This document shows positions 18,935 to 29,735 of a stretch of 64,000 nt of DNA, piece by piece. The stretch is taken from the NCBI GenBank assembly GCA_963662315.1, contig OY759353.1:3808001-3872000 (forward strand), in the 5' to 3' direction. Source of the stretch: Geopsychrobacteraceae bacterium. GTDB taxonomy: Bacteria > Desulfobacterota > Desulfuromonadia > Desulfuromonadales > Geopsychrobacteraceae. How positions within the stretch are numbered: position 1 is the first letter of the stretch; the number at the start of each line of letters is the position of its first letter. The position numbers were made by a program, and so were the translations under genes. The notes beneath the pieces are model-generated. The model was given only the letters and a program-made list of their open reading frames with translations. It did not search any database and was not told the origin of the DNA.

Positions 18935-21173
18935 TCTGCTGACCCATCTCAATGAACCGCAGCGCCAGGCTGTGTTGCATGGTGATGCTCCGTTGCTACT
19001 GCTTGCCGGGGCCGGATCAGGGAAGACCAGGGCATTGACCCATCGGGTTGCCTATCTGATTCAGGAACGGGGGGTGCCTGCCTGGCGGATTATGGCGGTC
19101 ACCTTTACCAACAAAGCGGCCAATGAAATGCGTGAACGGCTGGAGGCTCTGCTCGGTAGTGGAGACCTGCCCTGGGTCGCGACCTTTCACGCCAGCTGTG
19201 TTCGTATTTTGCGCCAGGACATAGAGGCGCTAGGTTTTGGCCGGGATTTTTCCATTTATGATGATCAGGATCAACTGCGTCTGCTCCGTGATCTTCTCAA
19301 AGAAATGGATATTCCTGAAAAAGTTTTGAAACCGCGTGCTGCGGCCGGAGCCATTGACAGTGCAAAAAATCGTGGTTTAGGCCCTGCGAGCTACGCTGCA
19401 CAACATCCTGATCAACCTCTCGTGGCTGAAATTTACGAGCGTTACCAAGCCAAGTTAAAAGCCGCCAATGCCGTTGATTTTGGTGATCTTCTGCTGCTGA
19501 CGGTGCGTTTGCTGGAAGATCATGCCGCGGTGCGTGAGCGTTGGCAACAGCGGTTTACCCATATTCTGATTGATGAATTTCAGGATACCAACAGTGTTCA
19601 GTATCGCCTGATGCAGCTGTTGGCCACTCCTGAAACGGCTCTGTGCGTGGTCGGTGATGACGACCAGTCCATCTATCGCTGGCGTGGTGCGGAAGTTGGT
19701 AATATCCTCGGGTTTGATCTGGATTTTCCTGGGGCCAGAATTATTCGCCTGGAGCAGAATTACCGTTCGACGCGTAATATTATCGAAGCTGCCGGGGCGG
19801 TTGTCGGGCGGAATACCGACCGCCGGGAGAAGCAACTATGGACCGATAATCCCGCTGGGGAACCGTTGCACATTGAAACTGCAGCGGACGATCTTGAAGA
19901 AGCGCACTTTGTGGCGCGTGAAATTGAACGCTGTCAGCGGAGCGGCTATGATTTGCGTGACGTTGCGGTGTTCTATCGCACCAACGCCCAGTCCCGTGCG
20001 CTTGAAGAAGCCTTGCGTGCCAGTCGCATCCCTTATGCCATGTTCGGGGGGCTGAAGTTTTATGCGCGGCAGGAAATTAAAGATGCTTTGGCTTACTTGC
20101 GAATACTGGTGAATCCACAGGATTCTCTTTCGGTCAGACGCATTATCAATGTTCCGGCGCGGGGCATTGGTGCAACGACCATTGCCAAAATAGCTGCTTT
20201 AGAAGAGGAGGCCGGAGGGTTCCTGGCGGCTTGTCGCCAAGTTGTTGAAGAAAAGATTTTAAGTGGTGTCGCGGCAAAAAAAGTCACAGAGTTTGTCGCT
20301 TTGATCGATGATTTTACAACCCGTCTTGAGCGTCTTCCCTATCCCCAGCTGATGGCTGAACTGCTTCATGAGAGTGGTTACAGTCCGGTCTTGCTCGAAG
20401 ACGCGCAGAACGCCATGACCGGAGACGGGAAACAGGAGGCGAAAGGGCGGCTCGAGAACCTTGAACAGCTGCTTGCCGGTATGGAAGAGCATGCCAGTCA
20501 TGCAGGCTCTCTGTCCGAATATCTGGAACAGGTGGCACTTATTTCGGATCTGGATAAGCATGATCCGGCTCAGCAGAGGGTCACCTTGATGACTTTGCAT
20601 TCAGCAAAAGGGCTGGAATTTCCCATCGTGTTTATGACCGGAATGGAAGAGGGATTGTTTCCACATTCGCGTACCGGCGCCTTGGGGGAAGAGTTGGCTG
20701 AGGAGCGACGACTCTGCTATGTCGGCATGACCAGAGCGATGCGGCGTCTCTATCTGTCGCATGCTCGCCGGCGCCGGGTTTACGGTTCATACCAGTTTAA
20801 TCCGCCGAGTCGTTTTCTGGCTGAGATCCCGGCGCATCTGATTGCTGGCAACGATTCCCTACCTGTGCCAGATGCAAAGCCAAAGGGGCTCCATAATCTG
20901 GCAGGCCTGGCAGACCTGGTCGCTGCAGAACCCGTACCACCGGTTGTTGTTGAATCTGTTACCGAACCGGTAGCAGCAGTTCCGGACGATGTCCCTGAAG
21001 TTGATACCCAGGGGGGCTTACGTCTGGGTACCCGGGTTCGCCACATCAAATTCGGCATTGGTACGATCCGACGGATCGAAGGTTCTGGAGACAAGCAGAA
21101 AGTAACCATCTATTTCAATTCCGTCGGAAGCAAGAAATTGCTCGCAAAATTCGCTGGACTGATACCCGTTTAG
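18927..21173 (+). CDS. pcrA: ATP-dependent DNA helicase UvrD/PcrA
   Basis: AGAGSGKT, DEFQD, GDDDQSIY, NYRS, HSAKGLEF and EERRLCYVGMTRA motifs; C-terminal Tudor-like domain. Confidence 0.93.
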   Translation: MIDLLTHLNEPQRQAVLHGDAPLLLLAGAGSGKTRALTHRVAYLIQERGVPAWRIMAVTFTNKAANEMRERLEALLGSGDLPWVATFHASCVRILRQDIEALGFGRDFSIYDDQDQLRLLRDLLKEMDIPEKVLKPRAAAGAIDSAKNRGLGPASYAAQHPDQPLVAEIYERYQAKLKAANAVDFGDLLLLTVRLLEDHAAVRERWQQRFTHILIDEFQDTNSVQYRLMQLLATPETALCVVGDDDQSIYRWRGAEVGNILGFDLDFPGARIIRLEQNYRSTRNIIEAAGAVVGRNTDRREKQLWTDNPAGEPLHIETAADDLEEAHFVAREIERCQRSGYDLRDVAVFYRTNAQSRALEEALRASRIPYAMFGGLKFYARQEIKDALAYLRILVNPQDSLSVRRIINVPARGIGATTIAKIAALEEEAGGFLAACRQVVEEKILSGVAAKKVTEFVALIDDFTTRLERLPYPQLMAELLHESGYSPVLLEDAQNAMTGDGKQEAKGRLENLEQLLAGMEEHASHAGSLSEYLEQVALISDLDKHDPAQQRVTLMTLHSAKGLEFPIVFMTGMEEGLFPHSRTGALGEELAEERRLCYVGMTRAMRRLYLSHARRRRVYGSYQFNPPSRFLAEIPAHLIAGNDSLPVPDAKPKGLHNLAGLADLVAAEPVPPVVVESVTEPVAAVPDDVPEVDTQGGLRLGTRVRHIKFGIGTIRRIEGSGDKQKVTIYFNSVGSKKLLAKFAGLIPV

Positions 21174-21181
21174 AGGGGAGC

Positions 21182-24100
21182 ATGGAAGTTACAGAAAACT
21201 TCACACTGTTGCTGGTTGATGATAATCCGACCAACTTGATGTTGCTGGCCCAGATCATTGAAATGGACCTTCCCAATGTCAGAGTTTTGCAGGCCCGTAG
21301 TGCGCGCGAAGGGTTGGCCCTGGCGGATGAAGAAGCTGTCGATGGGGCCTTCATCGATGTCCAGATGCCGCATGTGAGCGGATTGGATATGTGCCGCGAA
21401 TTGCGCAAACGGCCCCATACGGCAAATATCCCACTGGTACTGTTGACCGCTCATATGGCGGCTCCGGAAATGCGTGCTGAAGGGCTGGAAGTCGGCGCTT
21501 ACGATTTTATTACCCAGCCGATCAGCAATGTCGAAATGCTTGCGCGCGTAAAGGTCATGTTACGCATGTGCTCCGATGACCGGCGCATCAGTAAGAATCG
21601 GTTACAGCTTAAGCAGGAATTGTTTGAGCGCTCTGATCATCTGCGCTGGATTAGTGGTTTGCTGATTTCCGGAAATGGTGCCCTTAAAGAGCAGGACGAA
21701 GCGGCATTGCAACGGTTGTCACAAACGGTTGCAGAAATGAAAGCCGCTGATGCCCAGCTGTCATTTGACCAGGTGGTTCTGGCCTTGCCCATGCCGTGGC
21801 GTCGCACCCTGCTGAAGCTGGCACTGCTTGAGTCGGTACCTATGCCTCTGGCCCATGAGCTGAGTGAAATCAATGATATTCGGGCCGTTGTTACTTATCT
21901 GGAACGGCATGATGTGCTGGTTCTGGATCAGGGGAGTTGCAGTGAACGTTTGATTTTCAACAACGAGATTCGCACCTTTCTGTGTCAGCGCGCCTACTCC
22001 GACCTGAGTGAGTCTGAACGGCAGAAGGTCTTGGTACAGGCTGCTAACTGGTACCGCTGTGAAAAGGATTATCGTGGCGTTGTCAGCTGTTTGGTTGCTG
22101 CGCAAAGATATGAAGAGACGGCGCTGATCTTCAGTCAGATCGGGTTCAGTATGGGCATGCATCGCTTCAGCAGGGATTTGCTGGATTTTGTCGGGGCGAT
22201 TCCGGATGATGTGCTGGTGACGAACGGCTGGCTGACTCTTTTTAAAGCGCGCAGTTTGCTGAAGGGCTTTTCGCCGGATACGACAATCTGGCTTGAGCTG
22301 GCCTGGCAGCATTTTGAAGTTAACCAGGATCCGCGCGGTTTATTGCTGACTATGGTTCTGCAGGCTATTCAGTCAATTTATATTGATGGGAGTTACGAAA
22401 ACTGGACAGACCGAGTCGCTTATTTCAGGCATTTGTACACTGAAAATGCTGACGCTTTGCACCCGACGGAGCGTTTCAAGGTTCTGTTCGCTCTGTGTCT
22501 GCTGGAAATATTTGTCAATGGTGACCTGGCGCGAGCGGATGCCATTGTTTCTGATAGTCTGGCCTCTGCTCAGCAGCAGAAGCATGTGGAGGCCCAGCTT
22601 GAGTTTATCATCATTCGGATCAATATCGCTCTTTTGCAGGGTCGATTACGGGTAGCCGCCGCCTTTCTCGAACAGGGGTTCAAGTTGGCCGGACCTTTGA
22701 GTGATCCGGTCTTTGATTTGGTTCTGGAAAAGATGGGGTGTGGATTTTTACACGCCAGGGGCGATCATCGCGGGGTGGAACGCCTGTGTCGCGGTATTGT
22801 ATCGCGCCTTGGTTCGACCGTTTTACAGCGTACCGTTATCGACTCTCAACTGACCTACCTTCAGGTTCTGTTACTCCTCCCTTTTGCTGAACAAAGGGTG
22901 GCCTTTGACTTGCTAGATATCTCATTGACCAACACTCAGAGATTTGAGTATGGTCATCCGCACAGTCGCTTGCTGCAGGTGCGAGGTTTGCTTAAGGCTC
23001 TCTCCGGCCAGGAGGCGGAGGCGTGGAGTGATATGCAGGCCGCTTTGCAGTTAAGGCAACAGGCCGGGGGACAGCTGTTCAGTCAGGAAAACCGTTTGCT
23101 GGCAGCCATGACTTGTTATCAGTTGAAAGATTATGAACAGGCTCAGAGTTATCTGGATGATACCCTGTCTGAAGCGACACTGGCCGATCGGATTCGCCCT
23201 GGGGTCCACGCCTGGCTTGCGGCCGTATTGCTGAAGCGCAGAAAACGGACTAAAGCGCTTGAGCAGTTTCAGCTATTGATGGACTGTTTACGCAAGCAGC
23301 GTAACTGTTACTTCTGGGGATTGACCCGGGATTTGCCCGATTCCCTGTTGCCGTTGATCGGCAGTAAGCAGGATGTTTGTTTGCTGCGGCCGATGTTCGA
23401 AAAATTTCAAAGCAAAACCCTGACGCTGGCTGGCCAGCCGATACCGGCGCTGAAAGTGCGCTGTCTTGGTGTTTTCGAGGTGGAATTATCTGGCCGGGTT
23501 TTCAGTATGGGGGATGTCGGACACGCCTCACGACAGATTTTTTCCCTGCTACTGGCAGCTCCGGGGTTATCATTGAGCATTGAGAAAATCATGACTTCTC
23601 TATGGCCCGACAGTGCGCCGCCGAAAGCCCGAAACAGTTTTGATACAGCTCATCTGCGCTTGCGTAAAGCACTTGAGGCGATGTTCGGTGACTGTGTCAG
23701 AAAAGATTATCTGGTCCTTGAGAAGGGGTTATTGTCGTTAAGGCACGCACAGATTGACAGTGCGGCCTTTTGCCAGACGTATGAACGGGTTCTGTATCAC
23801 CTGCAACGCGAGAATTTTTGGCAGGCTGAAAACGCCTGCCGCAATATGGATCAACTCTGGCAAGGAAAGTTCCTTAACGGTTATGATCTTGACGATGAAT
23901 TGGCGGCGCTCGGGGAACAGCTTAACCAGATGCGTATTGATCAGTTAAGTCATCTGGCAAATCTGCTGATCAAAAAACATAAAGGCGAAGAAGCAAAAAG
24001 CTTGTTGTTGCAATGTCTGAACCTTGACCCCACCCAGGATTCAATAATACGGCAATTGTTGTTGCTTTATCGGGGGCAACGGGACTATCGTTCTGCCTCT

Positions 24101-24214
24101 GCACTTCTTGAACAATATCGTAAAGCCCTTCTAGCAGAAGAGTATGATCAGGATGAAGTTGATGAATTGCTGGAAGCTCTGGATGGAAAATGGTCATCTG
24201 TGGCCGAATTATAA
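21182..24214 (+). CDS. Response regulator with MalT-like helical/TPR region and C-terminal SARP/BTAD-type activator domain
   Basis: N-terminal REC (VDDN, IDVQMP, LLTA); C-terminal VRCLGVFEV...LWPD...LRLRKAL pattern. Confidence 0.7.
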   Translation: MEVTENFTLLLVDDNPTNLMLLAQIIEMDLPNVRVLQARSAREGLALADEEAVDGAFIDVQMPHVSGLDMCRELRKRPHTANIPLVLLTAHMAAPEMRAEGLEVGAYDFITQPISNVEMLARVKVMLRMCSDDRRISKNRLQLKQELFERSDHLRWISGLLISGNGALKEQDEAALQRLSQTVAEMKAADAQLSFDQVVLALPMPWRRTLLKLALLESVPMPLAHELSEINDIRAVVTYLERHDVLVLDQGSCSERLIFNNEIRTFLCQRAYSDLSESERQKVLVQAANWYRCEKDYRGVVSCLVAAQRYEETALIFSQIGFSMGMHRFSRDLLDFVGAIPDDVLVTNGWLTLFKARSLLKGFSPDTTIWLELAWQHFEVNQDPRGLLLTMVLQAIQSIYIDGSYENWTDRVAYFRHLYTENADALHPTERFKVLFALCLLEIFVNGDLARADAIVSDSLASAQQQKHVEAQLEFIIIRINIALLQGRLRVAAAFLEQGFKLAGPLSDPVFDLVLEKMGCGFLHARGDHRGVERLCRGIVSRLGSTVLQRTVIDSQLTYLQVLLLLPFAEQRVAFDLLDISLTNTQRFEYGHPHSRLLQVRGLLKALSGQEAEAWSDMQAALQLRQQAGGQLFSQENRLLAAMTCYQLKDYEQAQSYLDDTLSEATLADRIRPGVHAWLAAVLLKRRKRTKALEQFQLLMDCLRKQRNCYFWGLTRDLPDSLLPLIGSKQDVCLLRPMFEKFQSKTLTLAGQPIPALKVRCLGVFEVELSGRVFSMGDVGHASRQIFSLLLAAPGLSLSIEKIMTSLWPDSAPPKARNSFDTAHLRLRKALEAMFGDCVRKDYLVLEKGLLSLRHAQIDSAAFCQTYERVLYHLQRENFWQAENACRNMDQLWQGKFLNGYDLDDELAALGEQLNQMRIDQLSHLANLLIKKHKGEEAKSLLLQCLNLDPTQDSIIRQLLLLYRGQRDYRSASALLEQYRKALLAEEYDQDEVDELLEALDGKWSSVAEL

Positions 24215-24232
24215 TAAATAGGGAGATATGTT

Positions 24233-25102
24233 ATGAGTAGTTGTGATGGATGTAATGATAGTTCCTGTTCAGTTAAACAGACTGCAGACCCTAATGATCA
24301 GCAGCAGCAGATGAAGCAGGCCCTTGCAAAGCGCATGTGTGGCATCAAGAACAAGATCGTGGTTATGTCCGGTAAAGGGGGGGTTGGTAAAAGTACTACA
24401 GCTGTCAATCTGTCCCTGGCCCTGGCCAAAAAGGGGCACGCTGTTGGGCTTCTGGATATTGACCTGCATGGTCCTAGTATTCCCAAAATGTTCGGGGTTG
24501 AGAACCAGCGGCCAAAATTCGATGAAAGCGGCTTGTTCCCTATTGAAGTATCCGGTATCAAACTGATGTCACTTGGCTTTTTGCTGCCATCAACCAGTGA
24601 TGCGAGCATCATGCGCGGACCGATGAAACATGGCGCCATCCAGCAGTTGCTGACCGATGTCAATTGGGGGGATCTGGATTATTTGGTGCTTGACTGTCCC
24701 CCGGGAACCGGTGATGAACCATTAAGTGCTGTACATCTTCTGGGCAGCAGCTCTTCAGCCGTTGTCGTCACGACTCCGCAGGATGTTGCTTTGAGCGATG
24801 TTGAGCGCTCACTGAGCTTCTGTCGTGAGGTGAAACTTCCGGTTATCGGACTGGTCGAAAACATGAGCGGTTTTATCTGTCCCCACTGCGGTGGAAAGTC
24901 CGATATCTTCAAGAGCGGTGGCGCTGAAAAACTGGCTGAGAAAACCGGGGCCACCCTGCTTGCCAAAGTACCGTTTGAGCCACTGGTGGTCATTGGTGGC
25001 GACTCAGGTATGCCTCATTTACTGGCTTATCCGGATTCTGCTAATAGTGAAGCTTTGCTGAGTGTAGCTGACGCCGTTATCAAATACTGCCAGGCCGATT
25101 AA
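24233..25102 (+). CDS. Mrp/NBP35 (ApbC) Fe-S cluster carrier ATPase
   Basis: SGKGGVGKST, DCPPGTGD, VTTPQ and ENMSGFICPHC motifs. Confidence 0.93.
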   Translation: MSSCDGCNDSSCSVKQTADPNDQQQQMKQALAKRMCGIKNKIVVMSGKGGVGKSTTAVNLSLALAKKGHAVGLLDIDLHGPSIPKMFGVENQRPKFDESGLFPIEVSGIKLMSLGFLLPSTSDASIMRGPMKHGAIQQLLTDVNWGDLDYLVLDCPPGTGDEPLSAVHLLGSSSSAVVVTTPQDVALSDVERSLSFCREVKLPVIGLVENMSGFICPHCGGKSDIFKSGGAEKLAEKTGATLLAKVPFEPLVVIGGDSGMPHLLAYPDSANSEALLSVADAVIKYCQAD

Positions 25103-25164
25103 GGTCAACACGCGGGTTCTCCTTGCCTGGCGTCTGCTAAGATGTTATTTCTGAACACTAAAAA

Positions 25165-25194
25165 TAGGGGTGCGGAAGGTCTACCGCACCCCTA
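25165..25194. repeat. Perfect 11-bp GC-rich hairpin (terminator- or REP-like)
   Basis: TAGGGGTGCGG-AAGGTCTA-CCGCACCCCTA. Confidence 0.5.
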
Positions 25195-25266
25195 CAGGTG
25201 TCTGTTGATCGACCTGTTTACGGGTGGATTTCTGAAGTAAAGCAATTTGGAATGTCGAGGATTAAT

Positions 25267-25554
25267 ATGAAGATCAGTCAACAGGATGTTGAATATGTGG
25301 CCCGCCTGGCCCGTCTGACGCTGGAACCGGAGGAACTGGCCACCATGACCGAGCAGATGGACGCTATTCTCGGTTATGTGGATAAGCTCAATGAGCTCGA
25401 TACCGATGGTATTGAGCCGACTGCTCATGCCGTACCAATGGCCAATGCGTTCAGAGCCGACGAAATTAAAGCGTCGGTTGGCATTGAACGAGCGTTGCAG
25501 AATGCCCCTGAGAGTCATAACGGTTGTTTCAGAGTTCCTAAAGTCATTGAGTAG
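25267..25554 (+). CDS. gatC: Asp/Glu-tRNA amidotransferase subunit C
   Basis: VARLARL, LDTDGIEPT and FRVPKVIE motifs; precedes gatA and gatB. Confidence 0.95.
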   Translation: MKISQQDVEYVARLARLTLEPEELATMTEQMDAILGYVDKLNELDTDGIEPTAHAVPMANAFRADEIKASVGIERALQNAPESHNGCFRVPKVIE

Positions 25555-25638
25555 TATTGGCTGCTGATTGATATCAGGGCGGAGTTATTTTTAAGGGTTA
25601 CCAGCACTTAAACTGTGACCGACAGTTTTGGAGTTTTT

Positions 25639-27102
25639 ATGTCATTTGAAGCAAGTTTAACGATTGGGCAGATGCGTGAGCAGCTGAAAACAGGTGAGGT
25701 GACGGCCATTGATCTCACAAAAAACTACCTTGAGCGGATTAAGGCAACGGATGGACGGCTGAATGCTTTTATCACCGTGTGTGAGCAGGAAGCACTGCAA
25801 ATGGCTGCTGCGGCTGATCAGCGCATTGCCAAGGGGGAAGATACGCCGCTGCTCGGCGTGCCTCTGGCTATCAAGGATATCTTCAACATGACGGATGTCC
25901 GTACTACGTGCGGGTCGAAAATTCTGAGTAATTATGTGTCCCCCTACGACGCCACGGCCGTTCGTCGACTTTCTGAGCAGGGGGCCGTTATCGTTGGCAA
26001 GCTGAATATGGATGAGTTTGCCATGGGCAGTTCCAATGAAAACAGTGCCTCAGGGCCAGTTAAAAATCCATGGAACACTGACTGCATCCCAGGCGGCTCA
26101 TCTGGTGGTAGCGCTGCCGCTGTGGCCGCACGGCAGGTGGTTGCCGCTCTTGGTACCGATACCGGTGGTTCAATTCGTCAACCGGCGTCCCACTGTGGTG
26201 TGGTCGGCCTGAAACCGACCTACGGACGGGTGTCCCGTTATGGGGTCATTGCCTATGCCTCTTCTCTGGATCAGGTTGGCCCCTTGGCCGGTAATGTTGA
26301 AGACTGTGCGCGGCTGCTGGGAGCCGTAGCCGGTTATGATCCCGCCGATTCAACCTCTGTTGATGCCCCGGTTCCTGATTATCTGGGGGCTCTGAGCGCA
26401 GGCGTCAAGGGTAAAAAAATCGGTCTGCCAAAAGAATATTTCATCGCTGGACTTGATGCTGATGTCAAGCGCTCCATCGCTGAAGCCATCGAGGTTTATC
26501 GTGGTCTGGGGGCGGAATTTGTCGATGTCAGCCTGCCCCACACCGATTATTCCGTCGCCTGTTATTACCTGATTGCAACCGCTGAAGCATCGAGTAACCT
26601 GGCGCGTTATGACGGGGTGCGCTACGGGGTGCGCAAGGACGAAGGCGCAGGCTTGATTAACATGTATCAAAGCAGTCGAGCCGCCGGATTCGGCCCCGAA
26701 GTCAAGCGCCGCATCATGCTTGGCACCTATGCCTTGTCCTCTGGTTATTACGATGCCTACTACCTGAAGGCTCAGAAAGTCCGGACCCTGATTCGTCAGG
26801 ATTTTCTCAATGCATTCGAACAGGTGGATTTCCTCCTGACTCCGGTCGCTCCGACCCCGGCTTTTAAGATCGGTGAGAAGGTCAACGATCCGTTGCAGAT
26901 GTATCTCTCTGACATCTTTACCATCCCGGTCAACCTGGCTGGAACCTGTGCGCTGAGTCTACCGTGTGGTATGAGTCAGGATGGTCTGCCGGTTGGTCTG
27001 CAACTGATCGGCAAGCCGTTTGCCGAAGCAGAAATCCTGCAGGCGGCCTATGCCTTTGAACAGGTCTCGCCATGGGGTGGGCGTGTTCCTGAGCTGTTTT
27101 GA
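25639..27102 (+). CDS. gatA: Asp/Glu-tRNA amidotransferase subunit A
   Basis: Amidase signature [31 protein letters not shown]. Confidence 0.97.
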   Translation: MSFEASLTIGQMREQLKTGEVTAIDLTKNYLERIKATDGRLNAFITVCEQEALQMAAAADQRIAKGEDTPLLGVPLAIKDIFNMTDVRTTCGSKILSNYVSPYDATAVRRLSEQGAVIVGKLNMDEFAMGSSNENSASGPVKNPWNTDCIPGGSSGGSAAAVAARQVVAALGTDTGGSIRQPASHCGVVGLKPTYGRVSRYGVIAYASSLDQVGPLAGNVEDCARLLGAVAGYDPADSTSVDAPVPDYLGALSAGVKGKKIGLPKEYFIAGLDADVKRSIAEAIEVYRGLGAEFVDVSLPHTDYSVACYYLIATAEASSNLARYDGVRYGVRKDEGAGLINMYQSSRAAGFGPEVKRRIMLGTYALSSGYYDAYYLKAQKVRTLIRQDFLNAFEQVDFLLTPVAPTPAFKIGEKVNDPLQMYLSDIFTIPVNLAGTCALSLPCGMSQDGLPVGLQLIGKPFAEAEILQAAYAFEQVSPWGGRVPELF

Positions 27103-27165
27103 TGGGATGTGCCGAAGGGTTGGTCTTATTATTAATTAGTCATCCACACGTGACAAGGTTACACA

Positions 27166-28602
27166 ATGAATTCAAAATATGAAGTTGTTATCGGGCTGGA
27201 AGTTCACGTTCAGCTGACCACCAAAACCAAAATTTTCTGTGGTTGTTCAACGGCTTTTGGCCAGGCACCCAACAGTCAGACCTGTCCGGTCTGTCTCGGT
27301 TTGCCCGGGGCCCTGCCGGTTCTCAACCAGCAGGTTGTCGAAAACGCCATCAAGGCCGGCCTGGCAACCCATTGCCGGATCTCGCCGCGCTCGATTTTTG
27401 CCCGGAAAAACTATTTTTACCCCGATTTGCCCAAAGGCTATCAGATCTCCCAGTTTGAACTGCCCATCTGCGAGCATGGCTGGCTGGATATTGAAACAGA
27501 AGAGCTGGGTAAAAAACGGATCGGCATCACCCGGATCCACATGGAAGAGGATGCCGGGAAATTGCTGCATTCCGACGCTAACAGCTCTTCCGTCGACCTC
27601 AACCGGGCTTGTACTCCGCTGCTGGAAGTAGTCTCCGAACCAGACATGCGCAGCTCTGACGAGGCGATCGCTTATCTGAAACAACTGCACCAGATCGTTG
27701 TTTACCTGGGGATCTGTGACGGCAACCTGGAAGAAGGGTCGTTTCGCTGCGATGCCAACGTGTCGATCCGCCCCTGGGGGCAGAAAGAGTTTGGGACCCG
27801 CGCTGAACTGAAAAACATCAACTCGTTCCGCTTTATCAAGCAGGCGATCGAATACGAAGTTGAACGCCAGATCGACGTTATCGAAGACGGTGGCAAAGTT
27901 GTCCAGGAAACGCGGCTGTTCAATGCTGATACCGGCATGACGCGCTCTATGCGGGGTAAAGAAGAGGCTCACGATTACCGCTATTTCCCCGATCCTGACC
28001 TGTTGCCGCTGGAAGTTTCCGATGCCTGGATTGCCAAGGTTCGTGACGCATTACCGGAGCTGCCGGATGCCAAGCTGCAGCGCTACCTTGTTGACCTCGG
28101 TCTGCCGGCCTATGATGCCGGTGTCCTGTCTGCAGAACGTCCGGTTGCCGAATATTTTGATGCCCTGGTTGCTCTTCATAATAACCCCAAGCTGTGTTCC
28201 AACTGGGTCATGGGGGATCTGCTGGGTGCGGTTAAGGATAAGGGGATCCTTATCAGTGAATGTCCGGTGACTCCAGAATTGCTGGCCGGAATCCTTCAGC
28301 GTATTGATGACAAGACCATATCCGGAAAGATTGCCAAGACGGTTTTCGAAGCGGTGTGGGAGAGTGGCAAGACCGCTGACCAGATTATTGAAGAAAAAGG
28401 GCTCAAGCAGGTTTCAGACACGGGTGCTATTGAGGCGATTGTCGCCGAGGTACTGGCTGCCAACCCGACCGAAGTTGCCGAGTATAAAGCTGGCAAGGAC
28501 AAGCTGATGGGCTTTTTTGTCGGTCAGGTTATGAAAGCCAGCAAAGGTAAGGCGAATCCCGGCATGGCTAACCAGTTGTTGCAGAAAAAACTGGCTGAAT
28601 AA
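27166..28602 (+). CDS. gatB: Asp/Glu-tRNA amidotransferase subunit B
   Basis: [31 protein letters not shown] and [10 protein letters not shown] motifs. Confidence 0.97.
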   Translation: MNSKYEVVIGLEVHVQLTTKTKIFCGCSTAFGQAPNSQTCPVCLGLPGALPVLNQQVVENAIKAGLATHCRISPRSIFARKNYFYPDLPKGYQISQFELPICEHGWLDIETEELGKKRIGITRIHMEEDAGKLLHSDANSSSVDLNRACTPLLEVVSEPDMRSSDEAIAYLKQLHQIVVYLGICDGNLEEGSFRCDANVSIRPWGQKEFGTRAELKNINSFRFIKQAIEYEVERQIDVIEDGGKVVQETRLFNADTGMTRSMRGKEEAHDYRYFPDPDLLPLEVSDAWIAKVRDALPELPDAKLQRYLVDLGLPAYDAGVLSAERPVAEYFDALVALHNNPKLCSNWVMGDLLGAVKDKGILISECPVTPELLAGILQRIDDKTISGKIAKTVFEAVWESGKTADQIIEEKGLKQVSDTGAIEAIVAEVLAANPTEVAEYKAGKDKLMGFFVGQVMKASKGKANPGMANQLLQKKLAE

Positions 28603-28655
28603 GACTAAAAGCAGGGGTTTCGATTAGAATCACCTCAAGAAAAAGGTTTTTCAAG

Positions 28656-29723
28656 ATGGCGAGTTGTCCAATTGACCCGAGTATTATCAGACCGATCCGT
28701 TTTGTGGCCGGTAAATGTGAAATGATTGATCAGCGTCTGCTGCCCGCAGAAGAAATCTGGTTGAGTTACGACTCTTATGAAGGTGTTGCTGACGCTATTC
28801 GCGATATGGTCGTGCGCGGGGCACCGGCAATAGGTGTTGCTGCGGCTATCGGAGCCTGGTTCGGAGCGCGTGATATTGACAGTGAAGACAGCCAGGAATT
28901 TTTTCAGCGCTTTGAAGAGATCTGCGCGGTATTGGCGGCGACCAGGCCGACAGCGGTTAACCTGTGCTGGGCGCTGAACCGAATGAAAAGCTTTGCCCAT
29001 GCGAACCTTGACCGCAGTGTTGCCGAACTGAAAATCGGCCTTGAGTACGAGGCTCTGGCTATTGCCCAGGAAGATGAAATGATCAACCGCAAAATGGGCC
29101 GGCACGGTGAGTCCCTACTGCCTGATGGCGCCCGCGTGTTGACGCACTGCAATGCAGGAGCTCTTGCTACCGGGGGGTATGGTACCGCCCTTGGTGTGAT
29201 TCGGGCCGCAGTTGCTGCGGGCAAAAAGATTTCCGTTGTCGCTGATGAAACCCGCCCCTTTCTCCAGGGGGCCCGCTTGACCGCCTGGGAGTTGCACAAA
29301 GAGAATATTCCGGTGACCCTGATCTGTGACAATATGGCCGGTTACCTGATGAGCAAAGGGGAGATCGACTGCGTTATCGTTGGCGCTGATCGTATTGCGG
29401 CCAACGGTGATGTGGCTAACAAGATTGGAACCTATACCGTTGCGGTTCTTGCCAAAGAGCACAATATTCCTTTCTATGTCGCCGCTCCTGTATCGACCAT
29501 TGACCTGAGTCTGGCTGACGGTTCTTTGATTCCCATCGAAGAGCGTAACCCGCGTGAGATCACTCACGTGAAAGATGTTCAGCTTGCTCCGCCAGGCATT
29601 GCGGTCAGGAATCCGGCCTTTGACGTGACTCCCGCGCGTCTGGTAACCGCGATAATCACCGAGCATGGTGTTGCGCAGGGGGATTATGTCACGTCATTAC
29701 GGCGTATTGTTGCTGAAAACTGA
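28656..29723 (+). CDS. mtnA: S-methyl-5-thioribose-1-phosphate isomerase
   Basis: [29 protein letters not shown] and NKIGTY motifs. Confidence 0.95.
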   Translation: MASCPIDPSIIRPIRFVAGKCEMIDQRLLPAEEIWLSYDSYEGVADAIRDMVVRGAPAIGVAAAIGAWFGARDIDSEDSQEFFQRFEEICAVLAATRPTAVNLCWALNRMKSFAHANLDRSVAELKIGLEYEALAIAQEDEMINRKMGRHGESLLPDGARVLTHCNAGALATGGYGTALGVIRAAVAAGKKISVVADETRPFLQGARLTAWELHKENIPVTLICDNMAGYLMSKGEIDCVIVGADRIAANGDVANKIGTYTVAVLAKEHNIPFYVAAPVSTIDLSLADGSLIPIEERNPREITHVKDVQLAPPGIAVRNPAFDVTPARLVTAIITEHGVAQGDYVTSLRRIVAEN

Positions 29724-29735
29724 TACAGGAGTTAT

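Noticed and set aside
25165..25194. GTAG-type REP as the substrate of the RAYTs
   Set aside because: Only one copy was seen, 20 kb from the RAYTs, with no similarity to their ends.
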